From: Myxococcota bacterium
GTDB lineage: Bacteria; Myxococcota; UBA4151
Reading direction: 5' to 3'
Assembly (NCBI GenBank): GCA_036338695.1
Contig: JAYZBQ010000034.1
Location: 1-28,091 of the forward strand
Length of the DNA stretch: 28,091 nt
Below, piece by piece: positions 1 through 8,224 of the stretch. The position numbers and the translations under genes are program-made. The stretch's first letter is position 1; each line of letters begins with the position of its first letter. The notes below the pieces were generated by a model, which saw only the letters and a list, made by a program, of their open reading frames with translations, was not told the DNA's origin and did no database searches.

Positions 1-882
1 GTGGAGCAACGTCTCCTCGGCGCCGTGTCGTAAATTTTGCACCACCAAGGCGGTTCGCCCCTCGATGCGGCGAACAAAAGCGAGCCAGCGTCCATCGGGA
101 GAAGGTGTTGGGCGCGCCGCGCCGCCCGGGCCGCCAGCCACACGCACCACGCGCCCGGTGGTGGTGTCTAAACGCTCAATGGCGTAGATGCCCTCGGCTG
201 AGTTTTTGCCGTAGCGAAAGGTGGTGCCCGACGACACGTCGCGGCTGTAATACAAATAGCGACGATCGGGCGAGAAGACGGGCTCGCCTTCATCTTTTTG
301 CTCGGTCTTCTTCTTGGTCATCTGCACGCCCTTGCCGCGCCCGCTGCGGTGGTAGAGCCACATCTCACCCGAGCCGATGCTGCGGCGCGAGGTAAAGTGT
401 TTGCGCGCCACGATGTATTCGCTGTCCGGACTCCAGGCGGGACTGGTCACTAAGCGAACATCCTCTTTGGTGACCTGCTTGGCTTTGCCGCCAGCTGCCG
501 GCATCACCCAGATGTTGTCGCCGCCGCCTTGATCGCTGGTAAAGGCGATCCAGCGCCCGTCGGGGCTAAAGCGCGGCTGCATGTCCCAGGCTAAAGAATG
601 GGTCAGCGCCTTGGCGCGCCCGCCCGTAATCGGCATCACGTAGAGATCACCGAGCAGATCAAAGACGATTTTTTTGCCGTCGGGGCTGACGTCCAAGCTC
701 ATCCAGGTGCCGGTTTGCACATCGATGGCTTGCTGGCGGCTTGCGACCTTGGGCTGCTCGATATCCCAAGACGGCTTAGCGGCTTTCTTGTCCGCCTTTG
801 GAGCCGGCTTACCCTGCGCCGGCGCGCCGCAAAGCAGCACTAGCGCCGCTCCGAACGCGACGACGTGGTGACAGCCCCTCAT
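1..882 (-). CDS. Secreted PD40/TolB-like repeat protein, probably the N-terminus of a PD40-amidohydrolase fusion (3' end runs off the window)
   Basis: Not in the ORF track; translated by hand from ATG 882 (RBS GGGGAG): signal-like MRGCHHVVAFGAALVLLCGAPAQG, then GTWMSLDVSPDGKKIVFDLLGDLY, WDMQPRFSPDGRWIAFTSDQGGGDNIW, SPAWSPDSEYIVARKHFT, PSPDGRWLAFVRR. Frame is open to position 1. The amidohydrolase domain itself is not in the window. Confidence 0.85.
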   Translation of the reverse strand, partial: MRGCHHVVAFGAALVLLCGAPAQGKPAPKADKKAAKPSWDIEQPKVASRQQAIDVQTGTWMSLDVSPDGKKIVFDLLGDLYVMPITGGRAKALTHSLAWDMQPRFSPDGRWIAFTSDQGGGDNIWVMPAAGGKAKQVTKEDVRLVTSPAWSPDSEYIVARKHFTSRRSIGSGEMWLYHRSGRGKGVQMTKKKTEQKDEGEPVFSPDRRYLYYSRDVSSGTTFRYGKNSAEGIYAIERLDTTTGRVVRVAGGPGGAARPTPSPDGRWLAFVRRIEGRTALVVQNLRHGAEETLLH

Positions 883-920
883 GATCACGCTCCCCCGCCC
901 TGCGTTGCGCCGGGCGCGGC

Positions 921-949
921 ATTCTGACCGCATCGCTCCGTGAATTCAA
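921..949 (-). promoter_or_regulatory. Candidate sigma70-type promoter for the PD40 gene
   Basis: Minus strand TTGAAT-N17-CAGAAT, ending about 40 nt upstream of ATG 882 in a locally AT-rich patch. Confidence 0.4.
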
Positions 950-956
950 TTTCGGA

Positions 957-1385
957 TCACCACAGCGGCGAGATCCCGTACCAGAGCACGGTCTGTATCA
1001 CCCACTCTGTCGCGACGAGGAGGTCGGCGTAAGACGGCCCCCAAAACACAAACGACCAGACGACCAAATGGAACAAAATTGCCAGCATGATGCATCGAAT
1101 CAGGAGGAAGACGCCACTGTCGGCGAGGACCTCAAGGGCACGCGCCCACTGAGCGCTTAGCCGGTGCGCAAAGGCAGGCGCTCGGGTCACCGGCAAGGTG
1201 CTCTCGAGCACCTCGTTGAGCTGGCGGATTGGGCGCGGCGCAGGGGCGCACCGATGCGCCGCAAACACGCGCGGGTGCGCTGGCTGCGGCAGCAGGTAGA
1301 CAGGCTCGGCGGCGAGCAGAAGCGGCGCGCCATCCGGCGGCCGGCGCGTAAAATGAGGCGGTTGGCTTCGTCGTCGATCGATCAT
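957..1385 (-). CDS. Hypothetical protein (142 aa), Pro/Arg-rich N-terminus and hydrophobic C-terminus (1-2 TM helices)
   Basis: Strong RBS GGAGGTG just before ATG 1385; C-terminal GVFLLIRCIMLAILFHLVVWSFVFWG and LLVATEWVIQTVLWYGISPLW. No family recognised. Confidence 0.6.
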   Translation of the reverse strand: MIDRRRSQPPHFTRRPPDGAPLLLAAEPVYLLPQPAHPRVFAAHRCAPAPRPIRQLNEVLESTLPVTRAPAFAHRLSAQWARALEVLADSGVFLLIRCIMLAILFHLVVWSFVFWGPSYADLLVATEWVIQTVLWYGISPLW

Positions 1386-1455
1386 GAGGTCACCTCCAGG
1401 CGCTGAGGACAAGACGCTGAGTATGAGGGGTTCGGGGCGCCGACCGCAAGGCCGA

Positions 1456-1647
1456 TCATTTCGCCCCCCACCCGATCCAGGTCACCGACTTATCTTGCGT
1501 CTCAATTCGAAACTGAAAGTTGTGGTGAATGGCGCGTGCGATTTTGCGGTACTTTGCTTGGACACCCGCTAAGGTCTTGAGCTCAAAACTGCTGAGTTGG
1601 ATGGTTCGTCCCCCACGCATGATTCGGTAGCGCACAGTAAAATGCAT
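1456..1647 (-). CDS. Small basic hypothetical protein (63 aa)
   Basis: AGGAGG upstream of ATG 1647; MHFTVRYRIMRGGRTIQLSSFELKTLAGVQAKYRKIARAIHHNFQFRIETQDKSVTWIGWGAK; same strand as its neighbours and fills an otherwise empty gap. Confidence 0.5.
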   Translation of the reverse strand: MHFTVRYRIMRGGRTIQLSSFELKTLAGVQAKYRKIARAIHHNFQFRIETQDKSVTWIGWGAK

Positions 1648-1707
1648 CGTCCCTGCCCCTCCTAGGGCTAGACTAAACCCTCCCTGTGACACGCTCGGCG
1701 CGTCCGC

Positions 1708-2337
1708 TCACGGCGGGGCGATCTCTCGAAAGGTCAGGTTGATGCGCCCGCCGACCGGTTTGGCGGTGCGCGCCAGCGCATGCTCGTAGTGCGCCTGGGT
1801 GGTGCCCGCCATCACCAGGACGCTGCCGTCGGGCAGCGGCACCGAGCGCGAGGGGTTGCCCTTTTGATGCGGCTTGCGGCGCAGCTTGAAGACCCGCTCG
1901 GCGCCTAACGAGACCGAAGCGATCACGGGCTCGGGGCCGAGCTCGGGCTCGTCATCGCTGTGCCATGACATGGCGTCGTCGCCGTCGCGATACCAGTTCA
2001 GGAGCACGCTGTTAAAGCGCCGGTCGCAGAGCGCCTCGACGCGCGCCTTGATGGTCAGCAAAGGCTGGATCCAAGGCTGCGGCTGCAAGGTGATCCTCGA
2101 GTAGGTGTAGACGCATCCAGGGTCCCCGTACCACGCGTGCAGGCGAGGAATCGGCAGGGTGCGCCCGTACATCTGGATGGCGTCACGGCGCCAAGCGATC
2201 TGGTCTTGCAGCGCGCCTTGGAGGCTGCGCGCTGCGCTCGGGCTAAAGACCTGATGCCAGAGCTCAGCGACGGCGCCGTCACCTGCGGGCGCAGCCAGGT
2301 CGCCCTGGGGAGCCGGTAAGATCACCTCTTTGCGCAT
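1708..2337 (-). CDS. alkB: AlkB-family 2-oxoglutarate/Fe(II) dioxygenase (ALKBH2/3-like, alkylated nucleic acid repair)
   Basis: PRLHAWYG, YTYS, FNSVLLNWYRDGDDAMSWHSDDE (HxD), IASVSLGAERVF, YEH and RINLTFR motifs. Confidence 0.92.
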   Translation of the reverse strand: MRKEVILPAPQGDLAAPAGDGAVAELWHQVFSPSAARSLQGALQDQIAWRRDAIQMYGRTLPIPRLHAWYGDPGCVYTYSRITLQPQPWIQPLLTIKARVEALCDRRFNSVLLNWYRDGDDAMSWHSDDEPELGPEPVIASVSLGAERVFKLRRKPHQKGNPSRSVPLPDGSVLVMAGTTQAHYEHALARTAKPVGGRINLTFREIAPP

Positions 2338-2349
2338 GAGGGCGCCCCG

Positions 2350-3921
2350 TTAGAAACCAAACCCGGTCGAGGCGCCGAAGTACAGCCCCGAGCGCTCGCC
2401 GCCGCGCGTCGCCATACCGGCTGACCCGCTGATCTGGACGTTCCTCCCCAGCTGCGCCGCCACGCGGGTGTAGAGCCGCAGGTCCTTCTCGGCGGCGAAG
2501 TAGTCGTCGCTCTCGAACACACCGGCGAGCTGATAGCGCTTGGCGACGGGCACCCGCAGCTGAAAGCTCAAGCTCTCGCCCACCGGCGCTGCGGTCTCGA
2601 GGTCAAAGGAGTACCCGTAGCTGCCGCCGATCGAGGCGCCGGCCTCGTCACCGATCTGGGCGCCGAAGCGGTAGCCAAAAGCGGAGCCCTCACCAAAGGC
2701 GAGCGTGCGCGCGTCGCCGGTGAGGCTCAAGAACTCGCCGAAGCGTAGCTCAACGCCTGCCTGTCCCCCGACCACCTGCGCCGCCAGCCGCTCCTCATCC
2801 CAGAGCAAGAAGCCGATGCGCGCCACCAAGTAAGGGAAGAAGGCGCGCTCATAGAGCATGTCTTTGCGCTGGCTGGCGTCACCCGCCACGCCGCGGTTGA
2901 TCCAGTCAAAACGCACCTGGGCGCCGTTGCGCTGCCGCGTGCCGTCGAGCAGGCGATGGCGGAGCACTTTGACCTGAAGCGGGCGCGCCGCCGAGCCCTT
3001 CACTGCGACGCGGGTTCCCTTGGGCGTGAGCGCCGACAGGTAATACGAGAGGGTCGGTCGCACGACGCGTGCAGCGGGGATCGACGCCTCAAACAGCCGC
3101 TCGCCCACCTTGGTCATCGGGACCTGCGTGGTGCGACCGCTGCCTGCGAGGCGGTAGTGCAGCATGGGCTTGGTGAGGCGGTCATCGAGCTCCGCCGAGA
3201 TCGGCAGCGCCTCGCCCTCGGTCCAGCGCGCCACGCGCTCATGAGCTACCCGTTTGGTCCGGTCCGTCTTGGGCGCGGTCTCGAGCTTGAGCGTCTGAGG
3301 CGCCGCCGGGTCATTGCGCAGCGCGACGCGCACACCGCCCTTGGTCCCGACGAGGTAGTACTGGATCACCTCGACGCTCGGCTGCGCGGGACCGAGCGCA
3401 AACTCGCCAGCGTAGTAGCGGTCCTTGCGCTGGGTGAGCTCGACCGCTTGATAAGGGGCGCGGCGACCTAAGCGCAGCATCACCTCGAGCCGATCGAGCG
3501 GGGTGGCGACCATCGCCTCGAAAAAGAGCGGCTCGCCCCACCGCGCCACCGCGGGCGGGCGGTGCTTGACGGCTTGGGCGAGCGCCGCCGCAACGCTCGA
3601 GGCCGTCACGCCGCGGGATCCGCCGCCATAGCGCGCTCGCTCATACCGGTGACGCGCCATCACGTGGGCGCCGTCGCTGATCACCACGCGGTCGCTGTCG
3701 AGCCGCACGACGGCTTGGCTCTGCACCAACGCCTCGACGCGCCCTTGCGCCACGACCGAAGGCCGCGCGCCGCGAATAGGCTGCCACAGCACCACGACGG
3801 GCATGCCCTCGCGCCAGGTCGGAGGGACCTTGGTGACGTGCAGGGTGTCGCCCTTTTGCTCGACCACGACCGCCGAGGGCGGCGCAGTCAGTGCTGCGAA
3901 AACGAGCAAGGTTGCGATCAT
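2350..3921 (-). CDS. Secreted hypothetical protein with two similar beta-rich domains and a putative C-terminal outer-membrane beta-barrel
   Basis: RBS AAGGAG; signal-like MIATLLVFAALTA; two repeats (H..A.W.E.L....A...YYL); alternating amphipathic C-terminal strands ending GLYFGASTGFGF (terminal Phe). Confidence 0.7.
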   Translation of the reverse strand: MIATLLVFAALTAPPSAVVVEQKGDTLHVTKVPPTWREGMPVVVLWQPIRGARPSVVAQGRVEALVQSQAVVRLDSDRVVISDGAHVMARHRYERARYGGGSRGVTASSVAAALAQAVKHRPPAVARWGEPLFFEAMVATPLDRLEVMLRLGRRAPYQAVELTQRKDRYYAGEFALGPAQPSVEVIQYYLVGTKGGVRVALRNDPAAPQTLKLETAPKTDRTKRVAHERVARWTEGEALPISAELDDRLTKPMLHYRLAGSGRTTQVPMTKVGERLFEASIPAARVVRPTLSYYLSALTPKGTRVAVKGSAARPLQVKVLRHRLLDGTRQRNGAQVRFDWINRGVAGDASQRKDMLYERAFFPYLVARIGFLLWDEERLAAQVVGGQAGVELRFGEFLSLTGDARTLAFGEGSAFGYRFGAQIGDEAGASIGGSYGYSFDLETAAPVGESLSFQLRVPVAKRYQLAGVFESDDYFAAEKDLRLYTRVAAQLGRNVQISGSAGMATRGGERSGLYFGASTGFGF

Positions 3922-4080
3922 CAGGGGGCTCCTTTACGCTCGGTGTAGGCACTGCGCGCGCAAAGAAGCAAGCGAGCCCACCCCCTTACGAGGCGACTGC
4001 ATGCCATCGCACCCGTCGCTCGAAGCCGGCCTTGCCGCTACGCGCCCCGGCCTGTTAGGCGCCGGGCGCGGAGAACACTC

Positions 4081-5901
4081 ATGATGCGTATCGCAGCCTC
4101 GCTCGCCCTCCTCGGTCTGATCGCCTGTGGTTCCGAAGAACCCAATCCAGGCGCTGACGCCGGTATGACCCCCTTAGTCGACGCCGGAGTCACCCTCGAC
4201 ACCGGCGCCGTGCGCGACGCAGGGACCACGCCCGCCGACACGGGCACAACGCCCGCGGACACCGGCAGCACCCCCACCGACGCCGGGCCAGCCGCCGATA
4301 CCGGCGCGACCCCCGATGCGGGCGGTGACGTCACCAGCCCTGATCCGCAGTCCGCTGAGGACATCGCCTCGATCCGCGCCGCACAGCCCGGCCCGATCGA
4401 CGTGACCCTCACGCAGGTCATGGTCACCACCGTGCGCCCCGAGATCGGGCGCGACGCGGCGGGCTTCTTTGTTCAGGCGACGCAGGCGGGTCCCGCCATC
4501 TTCGTAGCGCACGACCCGGCGCCCGCCGGGCTCCAAGCGGGCTCGATCGTCAACTTCCGAGCCACCGAATGCGCCGACTCGTTCGGGCAGCGCATCGTGG
4601 CGACCCTCACCGGTCTTGTGGTGGTCGGTCAGGGCGACCACACGGCGCTGATCCAAGATGTCTCCGACGCCACCGATCTGGTCAGCGACCTCGGTGACTA
4701 CGAGGCAGAGCTGCTCAGCGCTCAGGTCACCATCGTCGGCTCCATGACCTTTGCGGGCAACAGCTTCGTCGCCTCGACCGTCGACACCAACGGACTCGCC
4801 GCCTCGGATCTGCGCTTTCGCATCCCGGACAGCGTCCAAGCCGAGATCAACCTGGCGCCCGGCTGCGTGCTCAGCTTTGTCGGTCCGATGTGGCGCTACC
4901 GAGACACGCCGCAGCTCTCCGTCTACACGGCAGACGCCATCAGCGACATCAACTGCCCCGGCACCATTATCCTCGAGGCGGTCGCCACGCGTCCGACCGA
5001 GCTGCGCCTGGGCTTTAGCCGTGACCTCCAAGCGGACAGCCTGCAAGCCAACGGCTCTCAGTTCAGCGTCAACGGCTTGGACATCGTCTCCGCCTCGCTC
5101 TCGGGCGGGAGCACGGTGGTGCTGACCACCGCCGCGCAAGAAGACGGCGCCGCTTACACGGCCACGGTGGACGACACGCTGCTCGACGCCGCCGGCAACG
5201 CCCTCGACCCCGAAGGGCGCAGCATCGACTTCGCCGGCTTCAGCATGGGGCTGCGGCTACGGATCACCGAGCTGTCGGCGAACATCGCCAGCGGCTGCGA
5301 CCGGATCGAGCTGGTGGCGCTGGGTGCCGGCTCGATCGAGGGCTTCTCGCTCAAGGAGCGGACCTCTACCTTGATCACCTTCCCGGCGATCACCGTCGCC
5401 GCCAACGACCGCATCCTGGTGCACGTCAACGGCACCTCAGAGCGCTGCAACCCGAGCGCAACGACCACCGAGACGCAGAGCGTGGCGCAGAACCCGGCAG
5501 GGCAAGCGCAAGGCAACGTGGACACCGCCTGGGACGTCTGGATCGACGACCGCGGCCTGACCGCCACCGACAACGTGTTTCAGGTCCTCGGCGGCGACGG
5601 CCTGATCCAAGACGCGGTCTTGGTCTCGGACGCGCCAACCGGAACGGCTGCGTCGGCGTCCGAGCGAGCGGCGGCTGCCGTGGTCGACGCCGGCGAGTGG
5701 ACGACGCGTGAGGGCGACGTGCCCAACGGTGGCTTCGTAGACGACACCTTCTCGGCGAACGCTGTTCAGGGGCTGGGCGATGAGGCGACCGACGGGACGA
5801 CCTCGCTGCAACGGACCGAAGGCGAAGACAACAACCACGCTGGAGACTGGAGCGGACCGGCGCCAGCGAGCTGGGGCCTGCCGAACGCGCAGAACAACTA
5901 G
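4081..5901 (+). CDS. Lipoprotein: DxG linker, OB-fold-like region, Ig-like (SbsA/Big_5-like) domain and lamin-tail-like domain
   Basis: RBS GGAGA; lipobox LIAC; AGFFVQ...PAIFV and DYEAELL resemble the OB folds of extracellular nucleases; LGFSRDL..YTATVDDTLLDAAGNAL is Big_5-like; LRITELSANI..DRIELVA is LTD-like. Confidence 0.75.
   Translation: MMRIAASLALLGLIACGSEEPNPGADAGMTPLVDAGVTLDTGAVRDAGTTPADTGTTPADTGSTPTDAGPAADTGATPDAGGDVTSPDPQSAEDIASIRAAQPGPIDVTLTQVMVTTVRPEIGRDAAGFFVQATQAGPAIFVAHDPAPAGLQAGSIVNFRATECADSFGQRIVATLTGLVVVGQGDHTALIQDVSDATDLVSDLGDYEAELLSAQVTIVGSMTFAGNSFVASTVDTNGLAASDLRFRIPDSVQAEINLAPGCVLSFVGPMWRYRDTPQLSVYTADAISDINCPGTIILEAVATRPTELRLGFSRDLQADSLQANGSQFSVNGLDIVSASLSGGSTVVLTTAAQEDGAAYTATVDDTLLDAAGNALDPEGRSIDFAGFSMGLRLRITELSANIASGCDRIELVALGAGSIEGFSLKERTSTLITFPAITVAANDRILVHVNGTSERCNPSATTTETQSVAQNPAGQAQGNVDTAWDVWIDDRGLTATDNVFQVLGGDGLIQDAVLVSDAPTGTAASASERAAAAVVDAGEWTTREGDVPNGGFVDDTFSANAVQGLGDEATDGTTSLQRTEGEDNNHAGDWSGPAPASWGLPNAQNN
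4156..4329 (+). repeat. Imperfect coding tandem repeats (D-[A/T]-G units, about 18-21 nt period)
   Basis: Encodes DAGMTPLVDAGVTLDTGAVRDAGTTPADTGTTPADTGSTPTDAGPAADTGATPDAGGD. Confidence 0.7.
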
Positions 5902-7118
5902 CGCAGCATCTGCACCGCACGCTCGGTGGCTTGGACCAGCCGGTCCACGTCCTCGGGCGTGTTGTAGAGACCGAACGAAGCACGAGCGGTGGCCGTGACG
6001 CCAAAGGCAGCCATCGCCGGCTGGGCGCAGTGGTGTCCCGTGCGAATCGCCACGCCCTGTTGGTCGAGCAAGGTGCCGAGGTCTTGCGGGTGGACGCCGT
6101 CGATCACGAAGGAGAGGATCCCCGCCTTCTCGGGCGCCGTGCCGATCACTCGCAGCCCGTCGATGGCGCCCATCTGCTCGGTGGCGTAACGCAGCAGCTC
6201 CGCCTCGAGCGCAGCGATGTGCTCAAGCCCTAAACCCATGATGAATTCCGCTGCTTTAGCCAAACCAATGGCGCCAGCAATGTGCGGTGTGCCGGCCTCG
6301 AATCGAGCCGGAGGCGCCGCCCAGGTCGAGCCCTCGAGCGTGACGGTCTCGATCATGTCGCCGCCGCCTTGCCATGGCGGCATCTGCGCGAGCAGCTCGT
6401 AGCGCCCCCAGAGCACGCCGATGCCGGTCGGACCGTACATCTTGTGCCCACTAAAGACGTAGAAGTCGCAGCCGAGCTCGGCCACATCGACGGGCTGATG
6501 CGGGATCGCCTGGCAGCCGTCGACGAGCACGAGCGCGCCCACCGCTTTGGCTTGAGCGGTCATCGCCTTGATCGGGTTGCAGGTGCCGAGCGCGTTGGAG
6601 ACCTCGATGAGCGAGACCACCTTGGTGCGCTCGCTCAAGAGCTCTTGATACGCCTGCTGATCGAGCACGCCGCGTTCGTCCATGGGCACGGCGCGCACGG
6701 TGGCGCCGACGCGCTCGGCGAGCAGCTGCCACGGCACGATGTTGCTGTGGTGCTCCATGACCGTGATCAGGACCTCATCGCCCGGCCCGAGCGCCTGCGC
6801 GCCGGCGGTCTGAGCCACCAGATTGATCGCCTCGGTGCCGCCGCGCACAAAGATCACCTCGTCGGTCTGGTCGGCGCCGATCAGCCGCGCCAGCTGGGCA
6901 CGCGCCGCCTCATAAGCGACGGTGGCGCGCTGACTCAGCGAGTGCACGCCGCGATGGACGTTGGCGTTATCGTGGACATAATAGCGCTCGAGCGCCTCGA
7001 GCACGACGCTTGGCTTTTGGGTGGTGGCGCCGTTGTCCAGATAAACGAGCGGCTGCCCGTTGACCTCCTGATGGAGCGTCGGGAACTGACTGCGCAGCGC
7101 AAAGCCGTCCCAGGTCAT
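5898..7118 (-). CDS. sufS: Cysteine desulfurase SufS
   Basis: LVYLDNGATTQKP, NVHRGVH, MEHHSNIVPW, FSGHKMYGPTGIG (PLP Lys), RTGHHCAQP (catalytic Cys); ATGA overlap with sufD. Confidence 0.96.
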   Translation of the reverse strand: MTWDGFALRSQFPTLHQEVNGQPLVYLDNGATTQKPSVVLEALERYYVHDNANVHRGVHSLSQRATVAYEAARAQLARLIGADQTDEVIFVRGGTEAINLVAQTAGAQALGPGDEVLITVMEHHSNIVPWQLLAERVGATVRAVPMDERGVLDQQAYQELLSERTKVVSLIEVSNALGTCNPIKAMTAQAKAVGALVLVDGCQAIPHQPVDVAELGCDFYVFSGHKMYGPTGIGVLWGRYELLAQMPPWQGGGDMIETVTLEGSTWAAPPARFEAGTPHIAGAIGLAKAAEFIMGLGLEHIAALEAELLRYATEQMGAIDGLRVIGTAPEKAGILSFVIDGVHPQDLGTLLDQQGVAIRTGHHCAQPAMAAFGVTATARASFGLYNTPEDVDRLVQATERAVQMLR

Positions 7119-8224
7119 CCGTCCAGCCCCTCCAGGCGCTGCGCCAGCGCCGCTTGGCTGCGCTCGACCCAGTCGCTCGTTGCGACCAGCTCGTGCACCT
7201 CACCCGCGAAGGCTTGCGCCATCAACAAGCGCGCATCCGACTGGCTCAAGCCCCGGCTGCGCAGGAAGAAGAGCGCGTCCTCGTCCATGGCGCCGCAGCT
7301 GCTGCCGTGGCTCGCCTCGACGGCGTCGTAGGAGATCAAGAGCTGCGGGCGGGCGTCAAACTCGGCGCCCTCGCCCAGCAGCAAGCCACGGCTCAGCTGG
7401 TCGGCGCTGCAGCCCTGTGCGCCCTCGCAGACCTCAACGCAGCCAGAGAAGACGCTGCGCCCCTTGCGCCCGACCAAGCCCTTGAAGAGTTGATCAGAGT
7501 GGGTCTCCGAGGCGCCGTGGCGGACGTGGACGTGGTGGTCGTGGTGCTGACCAGCGCCGGGAAGCATCAGCCCGGCGATGCGGGTGGCGGCGCCGCGCTC
7601 GGTGAGATCGACCTGCACGTCATGGCGCGCGATGCGGCTGCCGCTGTCGAGCCAGGTGCCGTTGAAGGTGGCGCCACGGCCGACCCGCACGGCGCTGGTC
7701 GTCGTCGTCAGCCCGGTGAGGCGCTGCGCCTGTAAGAGGTTGAGGTCCAAGCGGCTCTCCGGCGCCAGGTCAGCCTCGATCACCAGGTTGAGGTGGTGAT
7801 CGTCGGTGTCATCGAGGAGCTCAAGCTCGAGCCTGCGCTCCACCTGTGGCTCGGTCAGCACCACCAGCCGCGGGGCGCTAAAGCCCTGCCCTAGCCCCGA
7901 TAAGCTCAGGCGTACGGGCTCGCCCGACTCGGCGAGGTGCACGACCACCACGCCGTGGGCGCTCGCCAAGGAAGCGTCCGCCCAGGCGCCGGTCGCTAAG
8001 CCACCCAGTACCGCCTGCATGCGCTCAGGATGCTGCGCGACAGCCGCCTCGACGCTGAGCAGCTCGGCGTCCTTGGTGCCCCACTCAAAGCTGGCTTGCG
8101 CGCGGTCTTTGAGCGCGGTGTAGCGCGTGTACTTGTTGGCTTCGGCGCGCTGATGCGCAGGCGCTTGCGCCAGGCGCTCGCCGGCGCGCTGGGTGCGCTG
8201 ATCCAGCCAGGCGAACGCTGTCAC
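7115..8224 (-). CDS. sufD: Fe-S cluster assembly protein SufD (diverged N-terminus)
   Basis: SDQLFKG, VFSG, ADQLSRGLLL, PQLLI..VEASHG, ALFFLRSRGL; lies between sufC and sufS; GTG start overlapping the sufC TGA. Confidence 0.9.
   Translation of the reverse strand: MTAFAWLDQRTQRAGERLAQAPAHQRAEANKYTRYTALKDRAQASFEWGTKDAELLSVEAAVAQHPERMQAVLGGLATGAWADASLASAHGVVVVHLAESGEPVRLSLSGLGQGFSAPRLVVLTEPQVERRLELELLDDTDDHHLNLVIEADLAPESRLDLNLLQAQRLTGLTTTTSAVRVGRGATFNGTWLDSGSRIARHDVQVDLTERGAATRIAGLMLPGAGQHHDHHVHVRHGASETHSDQLFKGLVGRKGRSVFSGCVEVCEGAQGCSADQLSRGLLLGEGAEFDARPQLLISYDAVEASHGSSCGAMDEDALFFLRSRGLSQSDARLLMAQAFAGEVHELVATSDWVERSQAALAQRLEGLDG

Noticed and set aside
4156..4329. Possible CRISPR array or VNTR
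   Set aside because: The repeats are degenerate, in-frame coding units with no identical repeats, no spacers and no cas genes.
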